A stretch of 64,000 nt of DNA from Luminiphilus sp. (GTDB taxonomy: Bacteria; Pseudomonadota; Gammaproteobacteria; Pseudomonadales; Halieaceae). The notes under the pieces are model-generated. The model saw nothing but the letters and a program-made list of their open reading frames with translations. It searched no databases and was not told where the DNA came from. The DNA is taken from the NCBI GenBank assembly GCA_965655505.1, contig CBFHHJ010000001.1, forward strand, positions 2,134 to 66,133, written 5' to 3'. Shown piece after piece: positions 55,442 through 64,000 of the stretch (positions are counted from its first letter, which is position 1; each line of letters opens with the position of its first letter). Both the position numbers and the translations under genes were made by a program.

Positions 55442-56380
55442 ATGGACCTGTCCAAACTGAACGGTCAAATCTGGATTGATGGTGAACTCGTGCCGTGGCA
55501 GGAGGCCAAGGTCCACGTGCTCACACACACCTTTCATTATGGGCTTGGGGTGTTCGAAGGCGTTCGCGCTTATATGACGCCGGATCGAGGCCCCTGTATT
55601 TTCCGGCTCAAAGAGCACACTGACCGATTGTTTCGCTCAGCCCATATCCTGCAGATGGACATGCCGTTTGATAAGCAAACACTCAATGCTGCTCAACGTG
55701 AAATTATCCGCATCAACGAACTCGAGGAGGGCTACTTGCGGCCCATGTGCTTTTTGGGTTCCGAAGGCATGGGGCTGCGTGCGGACAATTTGAAAACCCA
55801 TGTCATGGTTGCTGGCTGGTCCTGGCCTTCCTATATGGATCCGGAGGCTCGTGATCGTGGCATTAAAGTTCGCACCTCCAGCTATACGCGGCACCATGTC
55901 AACATCACTATGTGTAAAGCCAAAGCTAATGGTAATTACATAAACTCGATTCTTGCCTTGCGGGAGGCCCTCGAGAGCGGCTGCGAAGAGGCGTTGATGC
56001 TTGATAACGAGGGTTATGTTGCCGAGGGCAGCGGCGAGAACTTCTTTATGCTGCGCGATGGCGTGATTTACACCCCCGATCTCACTTCGTGCCTCGATGG
56101 AATCACTCGATCGAGTCTGTTCCAGATAGCTGCAGACGAGGGATTCACCATCAAGGAGCGACGTATCACCCGTGATGAGGTTTATATCGCCGATGAGGCG
56201 TTCTTCACGGGCACCGCTGCTGAGGTTGTTCCTATTCGAGAACTCGACGGCCGAAAGATCGGTGAAGGCCGTCGTGGTCCGGTCACCGAGCGACTTCAGC
56301 AGGTGTATTTTGATGCGGTGCGCGGCAAAGATCCGCGCTATGCAGGCTGGCTTACGCCGGTGAACGATAAATCCCGTTAA
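55442..56380 (+). CDS. ilvE: Branched-chain amino acid aminotransferase
   Basis: HYGLGVFEG.RAY, KANGNY, EGSGENFF, LDGITR, FTGTAAEV. Confidence 0.97.
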   Translation: MDLSKLNGQIWIDGELVPWQEAKVHVLTHTFHYGLGVFEGVRAYMTPDRGPCIFRLKEHTDRLFRSAHILQMDMPFDKQTLNAAQREIIRINELEEGYLRPMCFLGSEGMGLRADNLKTHVMVAGWSWPSYMDPEARDRGIKVRTSSYTRHHVNITMCKAKANGNYINSILALREALESGCEEALMLDNEGYVAEGSGENFFMLRDGVIYTPDLTSCLDGITRSSLFQIAADEGFTIKERRITRDEVYIADEAFFTGTAAEVVPIRELDGRKIGEGRRGPVTERLQQVYFDAVRGKDPRYAGWLTPVNDKSR

Positions 56381-56390
56381 TCAGGAATCA

Positions 56391-57206
56391 GTGACTATGG
56401 AGACAACTGCGTCGGGTATCTGCTTTCGCCATTGGCGACCCGAGGGCCAGCCCAGGGCAGCTGTGTTGCTGGTTCACGGGTTGGGCGAGCACAGCGGCCG
56501 ATACCAGCGAGTAGCCGAGTTACTTACGGCGCGGGGTTTTGCTGTGATTGCGCCCGACCATCTCGGTCACGGCGAGTCCCCGGGCACACGGGTATTTGTT
56601 GAGCAGTTTGATGACTATCTGGTGGGCGTGCGGGAGTGTCGCAGCCTCATTAAAGAGATTTATCCAAGTGCCCCCTGTTTTATTCTTGGCCATAGCATGG
56701 GTGGCTTAATAACGGGTCGACTGTTACTGGAAGATCAAGACCAATACGCAGGAGCGATGTTGAGCGGCCCTGCATTTGCCGCCGAACAGCCCCCCTCGGC
56801 GGTCGTGATGCTAATTGGCAGGCTGTTGGCCACCGTCGCACCGAAATCCGGGATGATTGCACTGGACTCCAGCGGCGTTAGTCGCGACCCGAAGGTGGTG
56901 GCTGCCTACAACGCTGACCCCTTGGTGCACCACGGTAAGATCACCGCGGCATTGGGCATCGCACTCTTTGACACAATGGCCAAAGTGATGGCCGAGGCGT
57001 CGTCGATAACATTGCCGCTTCTCATCATGCATGGGGGTGCCGATATCATGGCAGCGCCCGCGGGTTCTGAGCAGTTTTCGGCGGCGGTGAGCTCCGAGGA
57101 TTTGACCACCAAAATTCTACCGGGCTTGTTTCATGAAATATTTAATGAACCTGAGGGGGAAGAAATTATTGCCAGTTACGCTGACTGGGTAGAAGCGAGA
57201 CTGTAA
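56391..57206 (+). CDS. Monoacylglycerol lipase / lysophospholipase (alpha/beta hydrolase)
   Basis: HGLGEHSGRY, GHSMGG nucleophile elbow, HG..D, HEIFNEP. Confidence 0.88.
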   Translation: MTMETTASGICFRHWRPEGQPRAAVLLVHGLGEHSGRYQRVAELLTARGFAVIAPDHLGHGESPGTRVFVEQFDDYLVGVRECRSLIKEIYPSAPCFILGHSMGGLITGRLLLEDQDQYAGAMLSGPAFAAEQPPSAVVMLIGRLLATVAPKSGMIALDSSGVSRDPKVVAAYNADPLVHHGKITAALGIALFDTMAKVMAEASSITLPLLIMHGGADIMAAPAGSEQFSAAVSSEDLTTKILPGLFHEIFNEPEGEEIIASYADWVEARL

Positions 57207-58114
57207 TGCCTTCATCAACCCTCGCGGCGCCTGGTTCTATGCCCGCGCAGGTTTTAATCTGTGGCGCGGGCGGTCAACTGGGTTCAGAACTGCAGCTGAC
57301 CTGCCCCGCTGGTGTTCAGGTCGTCGCCCATGGTCGGGATGTTCTCGATATCAGCGATCCCGGGGCCATCGAGCGGGTACTCGACGCATCCCCGGTGCGC
57401 GCGATCATCAATGCTGCGGCGTATACGGCGGTTGATAAAGCTGAGACCGACCAAGAAGGTGCACGTCAAATCAATGCAGCCGCGCCTGATTATCTCGCGC
57501 GGGCCTGTGCGGCTCGCGGTTTGCATTTTCTTCACGTGTCGACGGACTTTGTTTTTGACGGTACCAAGGGCAGCCCCTATCTGCCCCATGACAATCCCAA
57601 CCCTTTGGGGGTTTACGGTGCCAGCAAGTTAGAAGGCGAGCAGGCAGTGCTGGCGAGTGGTGCCGATGCGCTGGTGCTGCGAACGGGCTGGGTGTACTCC
57701 CGGCATGGGGGCAATTTCGTTAAAACGATGCTGCGCTTAATGGCCGAGCGGGACGCGTTGTCGGTAGTGGAAGATCAAGTGGGTACGCCAACCTGGGCGA
57801 GGACGCTGGCTTCGACCTGCTGGTCACTGCTCGGCCACCCGCAGGCTATTGGCGTCTATCACTGGAGCGATGCCGGTGCATGCAGTTGGTACGACTTTGC
57901 CTGCGCAATTCGTGAGTTAGGACTTGAACTGGGTTTGTTAGACCGAGCTGCTCAGGTGAGCCCGATTCCAGCGGCTGGCTACCCGACGCCGGCGGCACGT
58001 CCTGCTTACAGCGTCCTCGATAAAACGACCACCCGAGAGTTGATTGGCTCGACGGGAAATGACTGGCGTAGTGAGTTGCGAGCGATGCTCATCGATTTAA
58101 AGTCGACAGGCTGA
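57206..58114 (+). CDS. rmlD: dTDP-4-dehydrorhamnose reductase
   Basis: GAGGQLG, NAAAYTAVDKAE, STDFVFDG, YGASK, DQVGTPT. Confidence 0.95.
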   Translation: MPSSTLAAPGSMPAQVLICGAGGQLGSELQLTCPAGVQVVAHGRDVLDISDPGAIERVLDASPVRAIINAAAYTAVDKAETDQEGARQINAAAPDYLARACAARGLHFLHVSTDFVFDGTKGSPYLPHDNPNPLGVYGASKLEGEQAVLASGADALVLRTGWVYSRHGGNFVKTMLRLMAERDALSVVEDQVGTPTWARTLASTCWSLLGHPQAIGVYHWSDAGACSWYDFACAIRELGLELGLLDRAAQVSPIPAAGYPTPAARPAYSVLDKTTTRELIGSTGNDWRSELRAMLIDLKSTG

Positions 58115-58125
58115 TACACAATAGC

Positions 58126-58171
58126 TAGATCAACATCTAGGTCAATAAATCGGTCAATGACAGGCCAATGA
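58126..58171. repeat. Degenerate 11-12-bp tandem repeats between rmlD and rmlB
   Basis: TAGATCAACATC|TAGGTCAATAAA|TCGGTCAATGA|CAGGCCAATGA. Confidence 0.55.
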
Positions 58172-58187
58172 CTTACAGGAACATACT

Positions 58188-59252
58188 ATGACGCGCTCTG
58201 TTCTGGTTACCGGTGCCGCCGGCTTCATTGGTGCTAACTTCATGTATCACTGGGCAGAGCAGCATCCGCAGGATACCTTGGTCGGGTTTGACGCCCTGAC
58301 CTATGCGGGCAACCGAGCCAGTTTAGCGCCCCTCGAGGCTGCCGAGCAGTTGGTATTTGTGCACGGGGACATTTGCGATAGCGCGACTGTTGCCAAGGCG
58401 ATTGCCGATCATCATGTCGACACCATCGTGCATTTTGCGGCGGAGAGTCACGTGGATCGATCAATCACCGGTCCCGATGCGTTTATTCAAACCAACGTTG
58501 TTGGCACGCACACGCTGTTAGCGGCGGCTCGCGAGGCCTGGCTATCGGGTTCTGGCAAGCCTCATCGATTCCATCACGTATCCACCGACGAGGTTTTTGG
58601 CTCCCTGAGTCCGGACGCGCCAGCGTTTACTGAGGATTTGCGTTACGAGCCGAACTCACCGTATTCGGCCAGTAAGGCGGGCAGTGATCACCTCGTGCGG
58701 GCGTACCACCACACATTCGGTCTCGATGTCAGCACCAGTAATTGCTCAAATAACTACGGGCCGTTTCATTTTCCTGAAAAACTCATCCCGCTGTGCCTTA
58801 CCAACATTCTCGATGGGCTGCCTTTGCCGGTGTACGGCGATGGCAGCAATATTCGTGACTGGCTCTACGTCCGCGACCACTGTCAGGGCATTGAGCGCGT
58901 AGTCCTTGCGGGCACGGTGGGTGAAACCTACAACGTCGGTGGAAACAACGAGTGGGCAAATATTGATATCGTTAAGCTGCTGTGCAGGCTCATGAATGAC
59001 TTGTTTGCCAGCGACGCTACATTAGCCAATCGATTCCCAGACTCTCCGGCAGTTAACGGCAATGCCGAGTCATTGATTACTTACGTCGAGGATCGGGCGG
59101 GGCACGATTGGCGCTACGCTATCGATGCCAGCAAGATAGAGTGTGAGCTTGGTTTTTCGCCAGCGGAAACTTTCGAAACCGGTATCGCAAAAACCCTTGA
59201 TTGGTATCTCGCCAATGAAGCTTGGTGGCGGCCCTTGCTCAAGGGTCGATAA
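58188..59252 (+). CDS. rmlB: dTDP-glucose 4,6-dehydratase
   Basis: GAAGFIG, HFAAESHVDRSI, HVSTDEV, YSASKA, CSNNYGP. Confidence 0.97.
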   Translation: MTRSVLVTGAAGFIGANFMYHWAEQHPQDTLVGFDALTYAGNRASLAPLEAAEQLVFVHGDICDSATVAKAIADHHVDTIVHFAAESHVDRSITGPDAFIQTNVVGTHTLLAAAREAWLSGSGKPHRFHHVSTDEVFGSLSPDAPAFTEDLRYEPNSPYSASKAGSDHLVRAYHHTFGLDVSTSNCSNNYGPFHFPEKLIPLCLTNILDGLPLPVYGDGSNIRDWLYVRDHCQGIERVVLAGTVGETYNVGGNNEWANIDIVKLLCRLMNDLFASDATLANRFPDSPAVNGNAESLITYVEDRAGHDWRYAIDASKIECELGFSPAETFETGIAKTLDWYLANEAWWRPLLKGR

Positions 59253-59335
59253 GAGCGCCGGGGTTCAACCACGGGCGCTAAACGATGTGTGTTTGGGCAG
59301 TCGCGATTGGAGTTAGTGTCAGGCTTTTGGCGCTT

Positions 59336-59887
59336 CTAAAACCGGAAAAGTGGAATGTCTGCCCAAGCTCGGGCTTCAGCATCTTTGGCTGAGAGTGCCG
59401 GCGCCGCGCTGTCGATTAGCGGCCAATCAATACCCACCGTAGGATCATCCCAAGCAAGACTCACCTCGCTTTGCGGGTGGTAGTAATCCGTGCATTTATA
59501 GAGAAAGTCAGCACTTTCGCTCAGCACGTAAAAGCCGTGGGCGAATCCCGGGGGTACCCACAGCATCTCGCTGCGCGCAGCGGTAAGCGTGCAGCCAAAC
59601 CATTGGCCACAGGTGGGTGAATCGGCGCGCAGATCGACGGCGACGTCGAAGACTTCGCCTGCAGTGACGCGGACGAGCTTGCCCTGGGTATGCTCGGTTT
59701 GAAAATGTAGGCCGCGCAGAATCCCCTGCCGTGACCGACTGTGATTATCCTGCACGAAATCGGCGGTGATGCCGACATCGGCGAAGCTGCGCTTGTTCCA
59801 GCTCTCTAGAAAGAAGCCGCGTTCGTCCCCGAATACTTTGGGTCGAAGAACGACAACACCCGATAGCGGGGTGTGCTCAATATCCAT
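59336..59887 (-). CDS. rmlC: dTDP-4-dehydrorhamnose 3,5-epimerase
   Basis: [30 protein letters not shown]; ATG 59887. Confidence 0.96.
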   Translation of the reverse strand: MDIEHTPLSGVVVLRPKVFGDERGFFLESWNKRSFADVGITADFVQDNHSRSRQGILRGLHFQTEHTQGKLVRVTAGEVFDVAVDLRADSPTCGQWFGCTLTAARSEMLWVPPGFAHGFYVLSESADFLYKCTDYYHPQSEVSLAWDDPTVGIDWPLIDSAAPALSAKDAEARAWADIPLFRF

Positions 59888-60782
59888 CCCAGTACACTCC
59901 CTCGTCACGAAGCAGGCTTTCTAGGTACACGCCATATCCGCTTTTGGTCAGCGGCTTTGCTAGCTTGAGTAATTGCTCACTATCTATGTAGCGCATACGA
60001 AACGCAATTTCTTCGGGGCACGCGACTTTGAGCCCTTGGCGCTCCTCCACTACCCGAATAAAGTTGCCGGCGTCTAGCAAGCTATTGTGTGTGCCCGTAT
60101 CGAGCCAGGCGGTGCCTCGAGACATGACTTCAACGCGCAAGTCTCCTCGTTCGAGGTAGGCTTTGTTGATGTCGGTGATCTCTAGCTCACCTCGGGGAGA
60201 GGGTTTGATATTGCGGGCTATGTTTACAACATCATTGTCGTAAAAATACAGTCCGGTAACAGCATATTGCGACCGGGGTTGCTCGGGCTTCTCTTCGATG
60301 CCAATTGCTTTGCCTTCTCGATCAAACTCTACGACCCCGTAACGTTCGGGGTCCTGCACGTAATAAGCAAAGACTGAGGCGCCCTCGGTTCTTTGGGCGG
60401 CACTACGTAACTTTTGAGTCAGGCCGCCCCCGTAGAAGATGTTGTCCCCAAGAACCAGCGCCGCCGGGTCGGAGCCAATGAAATCAGCCCCTAGAATGAA
60501 TGCCTGAGCGAGCCCGTCGGGGCTTGGCTGAACGGTGTACTCAATGTTGATTCCCCATCGACTGCCGTCCCCCAAAAGCTCCGAGAACGCAGCCTGATCT
60601 CGCGGCGTGGTGATAATCAACACATCGCGAATACCCGACAGCATCAAAGTCGCTAGGGGGTAGTAGATCATGGGTTTGTCGTAGACGGGCATCAGCTGTT
60701 TGCTGACCGTGCTTGTAAGCGGGTGCAGGCGTGTGCCTGATCCTCCGGCTAGGATAATTCCTTTGAGCTTCTGTTCAGACAT
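59877..60782 (-). CDS. rmlA: Glucose-1-phosphate thymidylyltransferase
   Basis: [43 protein letters not shown]; ATG 60782. Confidence 0.97.
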   Translation of the reverse strand: MSEQKLKGIILAGGSGTRLHPLTSTVSKQLMPVYDKPMIYYPLATLMLSGIRDVLIITTPRDQAAFSELLGDGSRWGINIEYTVQPSPDGLAQAFILGADFIGSDPAALVLGDNIFYGGGLTQKLRSAAQRTEGASVFAYYVQDPERYGVVEFDREGKAIGIEEKPEQPRSQYAVTGLYFYDNDVVNIARNIKPSPRGELEITDINKAYLERGDLRVEVMSRGTAWLDTGTHNSLLDAGNFIRVVEERQGLKVACPEEIAFRMRYIDSEQLLKLAKPLTKSGYGVYLESLLRDEGVYWDGY

Positions 60783-60908
60783 GACATTGGGTTGCTTTGA
60801 GATGCAGGAATGAGTGTAGCCCGCCAAACAATAGTTGTCAGGATGTCATGGCGCCACACAATCGGGCGCTGGTAAACTTGTGCCTTACCGCTCGTCTGGA
60901 GAAAGCCC

Positions 60909-62207
60909 ATTAACGCCCCCGCGTCATCACCCGGGCAGCCTAATGCTGCCGCGGAGTTTGTTCCTTTAACGGCGTCGCAGCCCCTGCGGATTGCGCTGCT
61001 GGGTTATCGTTCGGCCCCGTTTTCGGGTGGGCAGGGTATTTATCTCAAATACCTGAGCCGTGCGCTGGTAAAGCTTGGACATGACGTGACAGTTATCTCT
61101 GGCCCTCCCTATCCCCACTTAGACGAAGGTATTCCGCTAGTTGAGCTACCAAGCCTTGACTTGTATACCCATGGATTACGATCTGTTGGTCCGAACCAGC
61201 TGCTTCGCGACCCGCTTGCGCGTGCCGAGTGGGTGAGCAAGTTAACCGGTGGATTTGTTGAGCCATGGACCTTTGGAGAGCGGGTGCGTGACTGGCTGCT
61301 GCCGCGACTTCATGAGTTTGATGTGGTGCACGACAATCAAACCCTGGCGGATGGCATCTTGGACATCCAGCGCAGCGGTATTCCTCTGGTCGCGACGATT
61401 CACCATCCAATCACTCGCGACCGGCGTCTGGCGATGACCGCTGAAAGTCGCTGGTACCGCAAACTGCTGGTCCAGCGCTGGCATAGTTTCCTGAGCATGC
61501 AGCAGCGGGTTGCTCGATCCTTAGACCATATTATTACCGTCTCGGGCGCGTCTAAGCACGATATCGTGGCAGATTTCGCTGTTGATCCCGCCCGCGTTGA
61601 GGTATTGCATAACGGGGTTGATGCGGCGTTGTTTAGGCCAATACCCGAGATCGAGCGCAAACCAGCACAAATTATGGCAACCGCGTCAGCGGATACCCCC
61701 ACGAAGGGGCTTCAGGTACTACTGCGCGCCGCTGCGCGTATGGTCAAGCATCATCCTGAATTGACGCTGCTGCTTATCGGCAAGCCAAAATCGGGTGGAG
61801 ACACCCTTAAATTGGTTGATGACCTCCATCTGACAGACCGGGTTCGGTGGGTTAGCGATGTCGATCATCAAACAATGGTCGAGCTGTATGCCGAGAGTAC
61901 GATCGCCGTCGTGCCCTCGCTATACGAAGGGTTTGGCCTTCCGGCAGTTGAGGCGATGGCCTGCGGTATCCCTCTGGTGTCTTCCGATGGCGGTGCGCTG
62001 CCCGAGGTCGTGGGCGACGGCGGGCTCATTGTGCCCGCCGGTGATGACCGCGCTTTGGCGGACAGCTTGGAGCAACTTTTGACCGATGAAGGCGCTCGGG
62101 CCGAGCTGGGCAGCCGTGCCCGTCAACGAGTAGAACAGCATTTTTGCTGGGACGTCTGCGCGACGCGATTGCTCGCGTACTACCGCGAGCGGGTGCTGTC
62201 GTGCTGA
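60909..62207 (+). CDS. GT4 glycosyltransferase (ManT-like), probable non-canonical ATT start
   Basis: The in-frame conserved N-terminal strand LRIALLGYRS...GGQGIYL...GHDV lies upstream of the ORF-track GTG 61086; no ATG/GTG/TTG back to the stop at 60873; GGAGA-6nt-ATT at 60909; YEGFGLPAVEAMACG donor motif. Confidence 0.88.
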   Translation: MNAPASSPGQPNAAAEFVPLTASQPLRIALLGYRSAPFSGGQGIYLKYLSRALVKLGHDVTVISGPPYPHLDEGIPLVELPSLDLYTHGLRSVGPNQLLRDPLARAEWVSKLTGGFVEPWTFGERVRDWLLPRLHEFDVVHDNQTLADGILDIQRSGIPLVATIHHPITRDRRLAMTAESRWYRKLLVQRWHSFLSMQQRVARSLDHIITVSGASKHDIVADFAVDPARVEVLHNGVDAALFRPIPEIERKPAQIMATASADTPTKGLQVLLRAAARMVKHHPELTLLLIGKPKSGGDTLKLVDDLHLTDRVRWVSDVDHQTMVELYAESTIAVVPSLYEGFGLPAVEAMACGIPLVSSDGGALPEVVGDGGLIVPAGDDRALADSLEQLLTDEGARAELGSRARQRVEQHFCWDVCATRLLAYYRERVLSC

Positions 62208-62986
62208 CCATCGACTTTAGTTGGTTCCCTTTAGTTTCAGGTCAAAATTGCTTGGACGTGGGCTGCGGTGAGGGTCGGCACAGCCTCGCCGCATATTTAC
62301 GGCCCGGTGTTGATGTGGTTGGACTGGATTTGTCTGATGAAGACCTTGCTACGGCAAACACCCGCATCGCCGATATGGAGGTCTTCGATCCGGAAGGGTC
62401 AGTACGGTTTATGCGCGGCGATGCCACTCGGCTGCCATTTCCCGACCATAGCTTTGATCGAGTCATCTGCAGCGAAGTACTCGAGCATATACCCAATTAT
62501 CTCAATGTCCTCGAGGAGTTGGTGCGCGTGCTTAAGCCCGGCGGAAAACTTGCCATCAGCGTGCCGCGGGCGTGGCCCGAGTGGCTGTGTTGGCAGTTGA
62601 GTGAGGGGTATCGCACGACCCCGGGGGGGCATATCCGAATTTTTGATCGCACGCACTTACGTCGCGAGGTCACGCGTTACGGTTTGAACTGCTATCACCA
62701 ACACGGTGCTCACGCGTTACACGTGCCTTATTGGTGGCTGCGTTGCCTGTTTTGGCGCTCTGGCGAAGATAATTGGTTGGTGGGCGCGTATCACAAATTG
62801 CTGGTATGGGATCTGATGCAGCGTCCGGCGATTACGCGCTGGATCGAAAAGCTCACTAACCCCTGGATGGGAAAGAGTGTGGTGCTGTATTTCAATAAGC
62901 CTACCGAGCCATACGCCGAGCCTTCTGATGAACAGCGTCCAGTCGAGGAAGACGCAATGGACAGTCGTCAGGAAGCAGCGGTTTGA
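62201..62986 (+). CDS. Class I SAM-dependent methyltransferase
   Basis: GTG 62201 (MLTIDF), LDVGCGEGRH, GDA..LPF, SEVLEHI, LKPGG, GGHIRIF; overlaps the GT stop. Confidence 0.9.
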   Translation: MLTIDFSWFPLVSGQNCLDVGCGEGRHSLAAYLRPGVDVVGLDLSDEDLATANTRIADMEVFDPEGSVRFMRGDATRLPFPDHSFDRVICSEVLEHIPNYLNVLEELVRVLKPGGKLAISVPRAWPEWLCWQLSEGYRTTPGGHIRIFDRTHLRREVTRYGLNCYHQHGAHALHVPYWWLRCLFWRSGEDNWLVGAYHKLLVWDLMQRPAITRWIEKLTNPWMGKSVVLYFNKPTEPYAEPSDEQRPVEEDAMDSRQEAAV

Positions 62987-64000
62987 CGGGGCTGTATCTC
63001 AGTAAAGGGTTGTTTCCTGCAGAATTCTTGCGCCCCACCGTGGACTTCATTTTGGGAGTTCAGACCAAGGAAGGAGAGATCCCTTGGTTTGAAAACGGTC
63101 ATTCGGACCCCTGGGATCACACGGAAGCGGCAATGGGTTTATCGATTGCTGGCGAGTTTGCGGCTGCTGAGCGCGCTTATCGCTGGCTCGCGGCAAACCA
63201 GCTGCCCGACGGCAGTTGGTGGCGGAACTACCGTTCTGGCGAACCCGAGCAAGCGGATCGCCGTGAATCCAATTATGTCGCTTACATCGCAACGGGTGTC
63301 TGGCATCACTACCTGATTTCTGAGGACAAAGGGTTTTTAGCCGAGCTGTTTCCGGTGGTTGATCGCGCAGTAGAGTTCGTGCTCACGTTGCAAAGCGCAC
63401 ACGGCGAGATTGATTGGGCAGTTGATGCCGCCGGTGCGCCTATGGGAGATGCGCTGGTTACTGGTTGCAGCTCGATATTTAAAAGCCTCGAATGCGCCTG
63501 CCACATTGCATCGAGCCTCGGCATTGAGCGCGATCACTGGTGGCTTGCCCGTGAGCGCTTGGGGGTTGCTTTGCGGCAACGTCCAGAGCGCTTTGACCGA
63601 ACCTGGGCGAGCAAGGCGCGCTACTCAATGGACTGGTTTTATCCCGTGCTGACTGGCGTCGTTCAGGGGCAGGCGGCCGGCGATCGGCTTCGCGCCCGCT
63701 GGCACGAATTCGTAGAGCCCGGCCTAGGTTGCCGGTGCGAAACTCAAGAGCCCTGGGTTACCGTCGCCGAATCCTGTGAGCTGACGATGGCGTTGTTGGC
63801 TGCGGGGGATCGCCCCCGGGCGGTGGAAGTCTTCAGCTGGCTCAGTCAGTGGCGCGCAGCCGATGGCGCTTGGTGGACGGGCTATCAGTTAGTTGAGGAT
63901 TTACTCTGGCCCGACGAAAAGCCCACGTGGACCGCGGGCGCGATACTGTTGGCGGCGGATGCCTTAACAGCGCATACAGCTGCTGCATCGTTATTTACCG
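62983..64000 (+). CDS. (alpha/alpha)6-toroid 'prenyltransferase/squalene-cyclase-like' protein, possible MmpH-like glycoside hydrolase (runs off window)
   Basis: Not in ORF track (no stop in window). TTG 62983 overlaps the MT stop; hand translation MTGLYLSKGLFP...Q..EGEIPWFENGHSDPWDHTEAAMGL...Q.PDGSWW...SMDWFYPVL...PWVTVAESCE...WP.EKPTWTAGA. Confidence 0.85.
   Translation, partial: MTGLYLSKGLFPAEFLRPTVDFILGVQTKEGEIPWFENGHSDPWDHTEAAMGLSIAGEFAAAERAYRWLAANQLPDGSWWRNYRSGEPEQADRRESNYVAYIATGVWHHYLISEDKGFLAELFPVVDRAVEFVLTLQSAHGEIDWAVDAAGAPMGDALVTGCSSIFKSLECACHIASSLGIERDHWWLARERLGVALRQRPERFDRTWASKARYSMDWFYPVLTGVVQGQAAGDRLRARWHEFVEPGLGCRCETQEPWVTVAESCELTMALLAAGDRPRAVEVFSWLSQWRAADGAWWTGYQLVEDLLWPDEKPTWTAGAILLAADALTAHTAAASLFT

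Noticed and set aside
53193-61036. GGGCAGGG KOPS-like octamers on the + strand (53193, 53333, 61029)
   Set aside because: Orientation fits the replichore, but no exhaustive two-strand count was possible, so skew cannot be claimed.

Overview
The window is the replication-origin region of a marine-type gammaproteobacterium with roughly mid-50s %GC by eye. Gene order and protein style are Pseudomonas/Cellvibrionales-like, and Halieaceae (OM60/NOR5) is an inference. It is almost entirely core chromosome: rnpA-rpmH | oriC | dnaA-dnaN-recF-gyrB, rmuC-glyS-glyQ, lpxL-like/djlA, trkH-trkA-rsmB-fmt-def, tsaP(LysM)-dprA-tsaC-hemF-aroE, an A1-type cytochrome c oxidase cluster lacking heme A synthase, polA, engB, c5/c4/dsbA, Lrp/leuA, a diguanylate cyclase, ilvD-argA-argE-pit, an orphan GspE/PilB ATPase, glnE-ilvE, and a split rml cluster. 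I saw no rRNA, tRNA, CRISPR, IS or prophage. The best candidate for an undescribed system is at the right end: a translationally coupled GT4 glycosyltransferase / SAM methyltransferase / (alpha/alpha)6 'prenyltransferase-like' triplet. It resembles, from recall, the actinobacterial methylmannose-polysaccharide (ManT / methyltransferase / MmpH) cluster, and its first gene apparently starts at a non-canonical ATT. Non-coding signals include two perfect parS palindromes inside recF, CsrA/RsmA-type GGA hairpins at dprA and dsbA, a GNRA-capped hairpin in a long cox leader, and a recurring habit of short degenerate tandem duplications just past stop codons.
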